From positions 7,931 to 71,930 of the forward strand of contig CARAIG010000086.1 in the NCBI GenBank assembly GCA_948938605.1: 64,000 bases of DNA, written 5' to 3'. This document shows, piece by piece, positions 17,980 through 25,536 of the stretch. This stretch comes from an uncultured Eubacteriales bacterium (GTDB taxonomy: Bacteria; Bacillota; Clostridia; Christensenellales; CAG-314). How positions within the stretch are numbered: the stretch's first letter is position 1; every line of letters starts with the position of its first letter. The notes beneath the pieces are model-generated. The model saw only the letters and a list, made by a program, of their open reading frames with translations, did no database searches and had not been told where the DNA came from. A program made the translations under genes and the position numbers.

Positions 17980-18023
17980 GTCATGTTGAGCAAGCAACTT
18001 AGTTGCGCGTCGAAACATCTAGG
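17980..18023 (+). repeat. GTCAT-type hairpin repeat, unit 1
   Basis: gtc-ATGTT-gagc...gcaac-tta-gttgc...ga-AACAT-ctagg. The outer 5-bp arms are complementary. Confidence 0.6.
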
Positions 18024-18060
18024 AATACGGTATGTACGATTATCCGTTTGTTCTTATATC

Positions 18061-18120
18061 CTTCGCAACATTCGCCGTCCTTTGGCGAAACTACGCCTAC
18101 GGCGCCGCTCAGGATGACAT
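18061..18120 (-). repeat. GTCAT-type hairpin repeat, unit 2 (minus orientation)
   Basis: The reverse complement reads atgtcATCCTgagcggcgccgtaggcgtagtttcgccaaAGGAcggcg. Confidence 0.5.
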
Positions 18121-18294
18121 ATGTTTTTAATGCGTAATGTTGGCGACATTAATCAACACTAAGTGTTACAAATTAGGGGATACGCTGCGGAATTAGGTGA
18201 ATGTCGGTCGTCCTTAGCCGAGCAACGCAGTTGCGAACGCCAATGTTTATAGAGCAAAGCGACAATAAACATTATTCGACCAACTCAATATTAT

Positions 18295-18340
18295 GTCATT
18301 TCGACCAAGTGAGCGAAGCGAACGCGTGGAGAAATCTAGG
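18295..18340 (+). repeat. GTCAT-type hairpin repeat, unit 4
   Basis: gtc-ATTTC-gaccaagtgagcgaagcgaacgcgtgga-GAAAT-ctagg. Confidence 0.6.
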
Positions 18341-18436
18341 CGAGTAATACGAGCCGCACTATAAATGAATTAATTATGAATAATCAATTATTCGTAGGGT
18401 AGGCAGACTCCTACCCACCGCACATTGACTTTATTC

Positions 18437-18475
18437 GTCTTTGCGAGGAGCGGCAGCGACGAAGCAATCCAGAAT
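18437..18475 (+). repeat. GTCAT-type hairpin repeat, unit 5
   Basis: cgtcTTTGCgaggagcggcagcgacgaaGCAATccagaat. Near-identical to 31141-31178. Confidence 0.6.
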
Positions 18476-18564
18476 TAAACTTAAAAGTCACCATAATTTC
18501 GCATTACGTATTAAAAAAGGTGCATTGCGCTTTAAATAATCATTGTAAAATTTACGCAAACGGT

Positions 18565-19083
18565 TCACTTGTTTTTCCATTCGAGTGCCGTTTTTTCTAA
18601 TTTTTTAACAAATTCGTCTTTCCCGTCGCAGTAGCCGTCTATGTCGTAAGGGAACAGTAGGGCAAGTTTTTCTTTTAATTGTCCGTATTCGTCGGCGACG
18701 CTTTTGTGCGCTCGCAAGTAGTCTCTAACGGCGATATGCCTTTCGATGTCTGTTTTGTTGTTTTCTTCAAAAATATGTATTTGATGTGTACGTTCGTTTC
18801 CGCCTTTGCGCAAGTAACGTCTGCCGGCAATTCCGAACTCCCCTAAATATTCGTATCCTATTTTTTCAAATTCGCGGGCAATTTTATCCACCTTTTGTAA
18901 ACTGCGTACAACGGGCATAATGTCTATAATGGGTTTTGCTTTAAGTCCTTTAACCGAAGTACTGCCTATATGGTAAATCTCAACGCAATTTTCCTTTAAA
19001 ATATTTTTTATCAATTCCGCTTCCTTTTTAAACATATCCGCCCATTCGGCATTGTATTCGGTTACGATTATATGCTGTGCCAT
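18565..19083 (-). CDS. GrpB-family protein
   Basis: 172 aa. The IVTEYNAEWADMF...HIGSTSVKGLKAKPIIDIM pattern is typical of GrpB/UPF0157. Confidence 0.8.
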   Translation of the reverse strand: MAQHIIVTEYNAEWADMFKKEAELIKNILKENCVEIYHIGSTSVKGLKAKPIIDIMPVVRSLQKVDKIAREFEKIGYEYLGEFGIAGRRYLRKGGNERTHQIHIFEENNKTDIERHIAVRDYLRAHKSVADEYGQLKEKLALLFPYDIDGYCDGKDEFVKKLEKTALEWKNK

Positions 19084-19235
19084 TGTTTGTACCCTTTAAA
19101 ATTTGTTGTCAATTTAGTTTTATTACATTATATCACAATGCGGTCATTATGGACGTTAAAGTTAATTTGCGTGTCCGTCACACAAAAATTTGCATATTTT
19201 TTTGCAAAAAATTTTAAAAATATGTACAAAAACTC

Positions 19236-19267
19236 TTGACAAGCAATACTATGTAATGTATAGTATT
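19236..19267 (+). promoter_or_regulatory. padR promoter (TTGACA-17-TATAGT) overlapped by the palindrome AATACTAT-N7-ATAGTATT
   Basis: -35 at 19236-19241 and -10 at 19259-19264. Palindrome arms at 19245-19252 and 19260-19267. Confidence 0.55.
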
Positions 19268-19433
19268 AGGCGAAACAGGGTATTAAGCGTTTCAATCTTT
19301 TGGTTTATGTTTTAGTATTATTGGCGGTAACAACTTATTTCGCGCAAGTGCAACGTTACGCACAAGCAGTTGTAAATTAAACCGTCAAAGTGCAACAATA
19401 ACTAAAATTAGGAAATAATTAGCAAAAGGGGGT

Positions 19434-19748
19434 ATGTCTGTGGACGCTCAATTAAAAAAAGGCTTTTTGGAAGTGTTTGTTTTGTCGGCGCTTCGCAAGG
19501 AAGAGTCTTACGGCTACAAGATAATAAGCGACATTTCGCCGTACATAGAAATAAGCGAATCAACCTTGTACCCCATATTAAAGCGGTTGGAAAGCAGCGG
19601 TTGTTTGCTTACGCGGACTAAGGAGTACAACGGACGGTTGCGTAAATACTACCGCATAACGCCGCAAGGCGTAGCCAAGATTAAAAGTTTTTTGGCGGAT
19701 ATAAACGAACTTAACAGATTGTCCGAGTTTATTCGTAGAGGAAATTAA
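19434..19748 (+). CDS. PadR-family transcriptional regulator
   Basis: 104 aa with LEVFVLSALRKEESYGYKI...STLYPILKRLESSG. Confidence 0.85.
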   Translation: MSVDAQLKKGFLEVFVLSALRKEESYGYKIISDISPYIEISESTLYPILKRLESSGCLLTRTKEYNGRLRKYYRITPQGVAKIKSFLADINELNRLSEFIRRGN

Positions 19749-19750
19749 AC

Positions 19751-20959
19751 ATGACAAAATATGAATGGGAAAAACAACTAAAAAAAGGAATATCGGGTTT
19801 GCCCAAGGCGGAACAGCAACGCGTGTTGGATTACTACAACGAACTGTTTGCCGACAAAATCGACGCGGGATTGCGCGAACAATATATAATATCGGAGTTC
19901 GGCAACCCTTACGACGTGGCTAACAAAATACTTGTCGACTTTTACAACGGTGACAAGGAAAACCCCGAAGTAGACGCATACATCTATGCCGATTCGGACG
20001 ACATCGATGACGCTTTCGACGAACAAACGGAATCGGTAGTGGAAACGCCCAAACGCAAAACTTTTGCCGAACGCCGCGATGAAAAGCGCGCCGAACGTAT
20101 TGAAGAACATAACGAGCAAAAAGCGCGCGTCGCTCAAAGCGTTAATGTCGATGCGGAATCCGAAAGTAAAACAAGCGTTTGCGCAAACAACGGTGCGCAA
20201 ACAAAACAAAATGTCAGCAAAGGAACAAAATCCGCAAGCGGACTTGTCGCTGTGTTATGCGTGCTTATATTCTTTGTTTTGGGCGCGTGCTTTAATTTGT
20301 GGCATTCGGCGTGGTTAATCTTTTTGCTTATGCCTACGGCAGTAACATTAATACAAGCAATCAACCGTCGTAATTGGCGCATATTCGCTTATCCCGTATT
20401 CGTAACGTTTTGCTTCCTTGTGTTGGGCTTTTACGCTCACGCGTGGCATCCTGCTTGGGTAATATTTTTAACGATACCCGTTTACTACGTTTTGGGCGAT
20501 TTCATTTCCAAAAATGTCAACAAGCCCGATAACGTTAAGCAAAACAAAACGCAGAAGCAAAATAATGACGACAAAATTAGCAATGCGGAAAACGGCTCTT
20601 GTCAACAAACAACTACCGTCGAAAAATCCCGTAAGTCCAAGAGTAACACAAATGCAGTTGCGCTTGTTGCAAAAATACTTATGACTATTTGCCTTGTAAG
20701 CGTGGCATTCTTTGTTTGGGGTACGGTTATATGTATGTTTGTCAGCGGTGTAGGAATGGTGATCGGCGGTATAGGCTGCATTGCAGGAGCGTTTGTGGGC
20801 GCAGCCGACTGGTTGCTTGTAGGCGCGGGCATTGCTGTACTGGGTTTGGGACTTATTTGTACATTCGGTATGGCTGCTCTGTTTAAACCGTGTTTCGATA
20901 TGTGTAGATCGTTTGCCAAAACTATCAAAAACAGTTTTGACGGCAAGGAGGTGGCGTAA
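19751..20959 (+). CDS. DUF1700 (HAAS)-type membrane protein, extended 402-aa form
   Basis: The N-terminus MTKYEWEKQLKKGISGLPKAEQQRVLDYYNELFADKIDAG matches my memory of DUF1700. An acidic/basic linker and several TM helices follow. Confidence 0.7.
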   Translation: MTKYEWEKQLKKGISGLPKAEQQRVLDYYNELFADKIDAGLREQYIISEFGNPYDVANKILVDFYNGDKENPEVDAYIYADSDDIDDAFDEQTESVVETPKRKTFAERRDEKRAERIEEHNEQKARVAQSVNVDAESESKTSVCANNGAQTKQNVSKGTKSASGLVAVLCVLIFFVLGACFNLWHSAWLIFLLMPTAVTLIQAINRRNWRIFAYPVFVTFCFLVLGFYAHAWHPAWVIFLTIPVYYVLGDFISKNVNKPDNVKQNKTQKQNNDDKISNAENGSCQQTTTVEKSRKSKSNTNAVALVAKILMTICLVSVAFFVWGTVICMFVSGVGMVIGGIGCIAGAFVGAADWLLVGAGIAVLGLGLICTFGMAALFKPCFDMCRSFAKTIKNSFDGKEVA

Positions 20960-21930
20960 TGAAAAAAGTAGCCGCAGTATTTGTATCCATAGGCGTTATA
21001 CTTGTAATAGCCGGACTTGTAATGGTTGGCATTTTCGGGGGCGACACTTTGAAAAACTTTTCTTGGGGTGATTTGTCCGGTGTATTTAACCACAACTTGG
21101 AAAGCGCCGATACGGTAGTGGATTACGGCGCCGATGAATTGAACGGCTTGTCTAAAATCGAACTGGATGTTGACAATTATTCAGTGTATATTTTGCCTAC
21201 CGACGAAGAAAAACTGTCCGTCAAATACATTAATCCTAATGATGACGATATAAGCATACAAGTTGCGTACGATCAAAACACATCTGCGCTAAAAGTAACC
21301 GAAAGGGATAATGTAAAAATCCATTTTTTCGGGTTTGGTAATAAGCGTTTTATAGCGGTATACATTCCGCAGACGGAATTGTTTGTTAAATCTGATTTAA
21401 CAATCAGTGCGTCTACTGCTGGAATTAAAGTAACGGATGTGGCTTTTGCGTCGGTTAAGTGCTTTGCAAAAACCGGTTCGGTCAATATCGACGGCATAAC
21501 GGTTGACGTATTGAATGCCGAAACTAATACGGGGTCGGTTAATCTTGACAAAATAACGTGCCGCGAATTGTCTGCAACTACTAATACCGGTTCGGTTAAC
21601 GTTGACGGAATTTCCGCAAGCGGACGGGTTGAATTGCGCGCCGATACGGGTTCGATCAATTGCGACGTTACCGCTGATGCGCTGTATATCGATACCGATA
21701 CGGGAAGCATAAATTTCGACGCAACGGCAAACAGTATTACGGTCAAAACGGATACCGGTTCGGTACACGGTACGGTATTGGGCGACAAAAACGATTACAA
21801 TATAACTACAAGGGTAGGTACGGGTAAATCCAATTTAAGCAACCAAACTGCTGCAAACGGCAGCAATAAGGTTTTAAACGTCACCGTCGATACGGGATAT
21901 GTCCGCATTGATTTTAAGGCGGACGCCTAA
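20959..21930 (+). CDS. DUF4097-family beta-helical repeat protein (LiaG-like putative adhesin)
   Basis: N-terminal TM helix. Repeated T(N/D)TGS(V/I)N(L/V/F/C)D units. The start overlaps the previous stop (TAATG). Confidence 0.7.
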   Translation: MKKVAAVFVSIGVILVIAGLVMVGIFGGDTLKNFSWGDLSGVFNHNLESADTVVDYGADELNGLSKIELDVDNYSVYILPTDEEKLSVKYINPNDDDISIQVAYDQNTSALKVTERDNVKIHFFGFGNKRFIAVYIPQTELFVKSDLTISASTAGIKVTDVAFASVKCFAKTGSVNIDGITVDVLNAETNTGSVNLDKITCRELSATTNTGSVNVDGISASGRVELRADTGSINCDVTADALYIDTDTGSINFDATANSITVKTDTGSVHGTVLGDKNDYNITTRVGTGKSNLSNQTAANGSNKVLNVTVDTGYVRIDFKADA

Positions 21931-21968
21931 AACGCTAAACAATGCGTTAAACATTAAGGAGAATTTAA

Positions 21969-22493
21969 ATGCAAATTATAGATTATGTAATTATCGCAAT
22001 TGCGGTTATAGGTCTTATAGTAGGGTTAATACGCGGGTTTATCAGTCAGCTGCTTGCTCTGCTGGGAATCGTCGCGGTTGCCGTAGGCACGTCCTATTTG
22101 TTTAAATATCCGCAACAGTGGTTTTCGGGCTTAATCGCTAACGAAAAGGTATGTACTATTGTGGCAATTGTTTTAACGGTAATAGTGCTTGCCATTATTT
22201 ACGGCATTATAGCGCACTTCGTTAAAAAGCCGTTTAAACATTTCAAATTATTGAAAGCGGTCGACAAACTGCTCGGCGCGGTTTTAAGCGTTGCAGTAGT
22301 ATATGCGCTTGTAGCCATATTCGTCGAAGCGTTAACCCGTACCGACATTGAATTTTTGGCAAAAATAAACGAAGCGTTAAAACCGCAAACCGAAAACAGT
22401 TTGATAATAAACAGCGTGTATTCCAACAACTTTTTCGGTAAATGGATATTTGATACAATAAGCAACGCTATCGCTCAAATAACTCCTAAATAA
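21969..22493 (+). CDS. cvpA: CvpA-family membrane protein
   Basis: 174 aa with 4 TM helices. N-terminus IIDYVIIAIAVIGLIVGLIRGFISQLLALLG. Confidence 0.75.
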   Translation: MQIIDYVIIAIAVIGLIVGLIRGFISQLLALLGIVAVAVGTSYLFKYPQQWFSGLIANEKVCTIVAIVLTVIVLAIIYGIIAHFVKKPFKHFKLLKAVDKLLGAVLSVAVVYALVAIFVEALTRTDIEFLAKINEALKPQTENSLIINSVYSNNFFGKWIFDTISNAIAQITPK

Positions 22494-22497
22494 TTTT

Positions 22498-22533
22498 AAA
22501 ACGCCTTCGCATTAATTTGCGAAGGCGTTTTTG
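22498..22533. terminator. bidirectional rho-independent terminator between cvpA and pmbA
   Basis: aacgccttcgc-attaattt-gcgaaggcgtt, flanked by an A-run and a T-run. Confidence 0.8.
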
Positions 22534-22585
22534 TAATGTTATTAAAAACATTTTATACAATTCAACTTTAATATAAGTAAGCGTT

Positions 22586-23815
22586 TTATTGCGCTTTGTT
22601 AACCAACTTTGCCTTGTAAACAAAGTATTTGCGCTTGCCGTATTCGAATAATCCTTTTTCGCATACTCCTACAAAACCGTTGCCCAGTATATCGAATATA
22701 TTGCCCGTTACTGTAAATTCGGGAAGTTTGCCTAGCAGTTTGCCGTCTTCGTAAAGGTAGGACACAATACTTGGAATACTTATATCGCCCGACGTGGTCA
22801 TGTCTCCGCCGCCAGTATTGGACAGGTAAATTGCTTTGCCCTTTACTAATTCGGACAAATTTTCCGCAGTGTTTTCTACGTCGAAACCGCCCATCCCTGC
22901 ATTGGGTACTCCGTTGTATGCAGCGGACGCCGAACCTAAGTTTTCGCAACCGTATTGGGTTGCAGATTTTTTACACGAAATTACCTTGTCGAATACACCG
23001 TTTTTAACAAGGTTGTTTACGTAGTTTTCGTTGACGGTGCCTTCCGTATCGAAAAACGGCAAGCACAGTTGTCTTTCGGGACTGCGGTTTGTCGTAACGT
23101 TCAATTTGCCGTTAAATATTTTTTGTCCTAATTTACCGTCGAACAACGACGCCTTGTTGAAATACATATCGGCAACAAAATGCTGTATGGCGTATTGCAG
23201 CGGTTCGAAGTCGCCTATAATTACCGCTTCGTCGTCGGTAATTTGCGGCAACGCATTTATAAACGCATCGCATTTAATTTTTACATCGCGACAAATTTGT
23301 TCTTCATCGAAATAATTGCCTTCCCCTTGGTAAAACTCGTCCATTATGTTTGCCGAACCTTTGTACTTAATGGTTAATCCCAGCGCAAACTGATTGCCTT
23401 TGTAATTGAGTTTTGTTCCGTCGGAGTTTTCGTATGAGCGTTCCATACTGTTTAAAAATACTTTATTGCCGAACAAAAATTCGGGATTTTCACGTGCTAA
23501 ACGTTCAAGCAAAGCGGATATTTTGGGTATAAATTCCTTTTCGCCGAATATGTGTTTAGTTGTGTTTATATTCAGCGTTTGAATTTTGTCGTGCGTTTCG
23601 GGGTAGGCTATACCTTGCGCAAGTTTTTGTTTTGCGCGCTGTTCCATTTGCGCAAAGTCGGCGTGACCGAGTGTACCGTCAACGCCGATTGCTCCGTTGT
23701 CGTATACGCGAACCGTATTTTCCAAATCGTTGTTTATGCGTAACGATTCCACTTTGCTTGCAACGACGTTAATACATCTGGTTGATTCTTTATGTATAAT
23801 TTTTTCGGTTTTCAT
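22586..23815 (-). CDS. pmbA: PmbA/TldE-like subunit of the TldD/PmbA metalloprotease
   Basis: 409 aa with TldD/PmbA-family C-terminal sequence but no HExxxH motif. It lies directly downstream of tldD. Confidence 0.72.
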   Translation of the reverse strand: MKTEKIIHKESTRCINVVASKVESLRINNDLENTVRVYDNGAIGVDGTLGHADFAQMEQRAKQKLAQGIAYPETHDKIQTLNINTTKHIFGEKEFIPKISALLERLARENPEFLFGNKVFLNSMERSYENSDGTKLNYKGNQFALGLTIKYKGSANIMDEFYQGEGNYFDEEQICRDVKIKCDAFINALPQITDDEAVIIGDFEPLQYAIQHFVADMYFNKASLFDGKLGQKIFNGKLNVTTNRSPERQLCLPFFDTEGTVNENYVNNLVKNGVFDKVISCKKSATQYGCENLGSASAAYNGVPNAGMGGFDVENTAENLSELVKGKAIYLSNTGGGDMTTSGDISIPSIVSYLYEDGKLLGKLPEFTVTGNIFDILGNGFVGVCEKGLFEYGKRKYFVYKAKLVNKAQ

Positions 23816-23869
23816 ATAATGCTCCTAATTATTTGTTGTTGATTACGGACAGTCGACTTGTGTGGTCGG

Positions 23870-25204
23870 TTACTGTATGTTCATTTTGGAAACACGTATG
23901 TGCGGTCCGCCCAAGCCTACGTTTAACGGATATTGTTCCATTTTGCCGCAGCCGCCCGTTACAAAACTGAGCAATTCGCGGTCGTTTGCCACTCCGTCTA
24001 TAAGCCCCAACGTTTCGAATACGTTGCCTGTCAATACTGCAATTTTTACCGGTTTGCCTAGTTTGCCGTTTTCTATTTCGTAAGCAATGCTAGGCGCAAT
24101 TGTAAACGTTGACATACCCGAACCGTGCTTAATGGAATGAACGTAGTAACCGTGTTGTATACCCGCAATCAATTCGTCGACAGTGGAAGTTCCCGCTTCG
24201 ATAAAGGTGCTTGTCATACGTACGATAGGTTCGTAATTGCAGTTGATGGCGCGTGCGTTGCCTGTCAATTCCTCGTTTAATGCGGCGGCGGTGGTTGCGC
24301 TGTGCAATCTTCCGCTAAGTATGCCGTTTTTTATAAGGTACGTGTCGGTGGCTTTTGTGCCTTCGTCGTCGTAGGGCACGTAACCGCTTCCTTCAAACAC
24401 ACCCGTTTCGCGAATGGTCAAAATGTCGCTGCCGACTTTTTTGCCGATAGTCCATTCCTTTGCCATTGTTTCGTCGCCTAACATAAAGTCCGCTTCGCTC
24501 TTGTGACCGAAACTTTCGTGAGCAAACACGCCGGTAGCTATTGGTGCAAGTATTACGGGATAACTGCCCGCTTTGACGGGCTTTGCGTTTTTAATGTATT
24601 CTTCGCAACGCATAACAAATTCTTTTAATTCACCGTCGCTATACGACAGCATTTCAAAAGACGTTTTGCATTTGGAAAGTTGTTCCTGTAAGTTTTCGGA
24701 ATTGTAATTAAACGCCATTCCGTACGCAACCCCGCAGGTTTGGAAGTCGTAAGTAATGTTTGCTCCTTTGGATGAATAAAATTCGTATACCGAATATCTG
24801 TCGAGATATTGCGCGCTTTTAAAATTGCATAAATCCGATTTTAGGCGTTCGGCGGTTTCGGTAATCAGTTGCAGTTTTTGTTGCAACGCAATGTTTTTAA
24901 CCGAGTTGCTTGCAAACTTAATAATTTTATCTTGGTTTACTTGGTACTTGACCACGATAGGGTGTTTGTCGATTTCTGCATTTGTTTGCGCGTAACCGTA
25001 CAATTCGTTTAGCGACTGTTGAATGCCGTCAATGTCGCTAGTAGAAGTGTAGTACCACATTTTACCGTCAAATACGCGTATAAACGCTTTCTTTTCGACG
25101 GTTTCCTTTGCTTCGTGCAGTTGTCCGTTTTGTAAGCGTATGTTTGTTGCAAAACGGTCTTCTATACGCACATCGGCATAAAAACCTTTTTTAAACTTGT
25201 ACAT
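23870..25204 (-). CDS. tldD: TldD-like metalloprotease subunit
   Basis: HESFGH (HExxxH) motif. I moved the start to the ATG at 25204-25202, which is preceded by AAGGAGG. Confidence 0.8.
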   Translation of the reverse strand: MYKFKKGFYADVRIEDRFATNIRLQNGQLHEAKETVEKKAFIRVFDGKMWYYTSTSDIDGIQQSLNELYGYAQTNAEIDKHPIVVKYQVNQDKIIKFASNSVKNIALQQKLQLITETAERLKSDLCNFKSAQYLDRYSVYEFYSSKGANITYDFQTCGVAYGMAFNYNSENLQEQLSKCKTSFEMLSYSDGELKEFVMRCEEYIKNAKPVKAGSYPVILAPIATGVFAHESFGHKSEADFMLGDETMAKEWTIGKKVGSDILTIRETGVFEGSGYVPYDDEGTKATDTYLIKNGILSGRLHSATTAAALNEELTGNARAINCNYEPIVRMTSTFIEAGTSTVDELIAGIQHGYYVHSIKHGSGMSTFTIAPSIAYEIENGKLGKPVKIAVLTGNVFETLGLIDGVANDRELLSFVTGGCGKMEQYPLNVGLGGPHIRVSKMNIQ

Positions 25205-25263
25205 AGTTGCCTCCTTATGCAATACGGTGTTTGCATTGATATAAAAATTATAACATAGTTAAA

Positions 25264-25275
25264 TTGATTAATCAA
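25264..25275. promoter_or_regulatory. perfect 12-bp palindrome TTGATTAATCAA
   Basis: Lies in the divergent tldD/GH3 intergenic region. Confidence 0.3.
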
Positions 25276-25307
25276 TCAACTGACTGTCGTAATTAAACGA
25301 TATTTGT

Positions 25308-25321
25308 CAACCGATTGGTTG
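25308..25321. promoter_or_regulatory. 14-bp near-palindrome CAACCGATTGGTTG
   Basis: 5-bp perfect arms. Lies in the divergent tldD/GH3 intergenic region. Confidence 0.3.
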
Positions 25322-25536
25322 CAAAATGTAATTAATGCGCGTATTTATGGACTAAACTGTAATAATTTAGTCGTATTGTTTTTGAATTATTATAGACAAA
25401 GTAGCGCAAACATTGTATAATGATATACGTATAAATATACTTAGTTGTGCACTGTAAGTGCGGATTGGCGTATGTTAATCTGTGCAATATGTTACTAAAC
25501 CTTGCAGATATTACAGCGCTGCTACGGGAGGAATTA

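Noticed and set aside
17687-17989. ORF-track entries 17687-17989 (100 aa) and 30951-31181 (76 aa) as small proteins.
   Set aside because: Both are translations of the dispersed repeat modules (for example ...RHCEECSDEAIQN). The two loci are conserved at the nucleotide level with indels that break the frame, and neither has an RBS.
17980-18475. The hairpin-repeat cluster as a CRISPR array or integron attC array.
   Set aside because: The units are not identical direct repeats at regular spacing, they occur in both orientations, and no cas genes are present. The arm sequences do not follow the attC R''/R' (RYYYAAC...GTTRRRY) arrangement, and no integrase is present.
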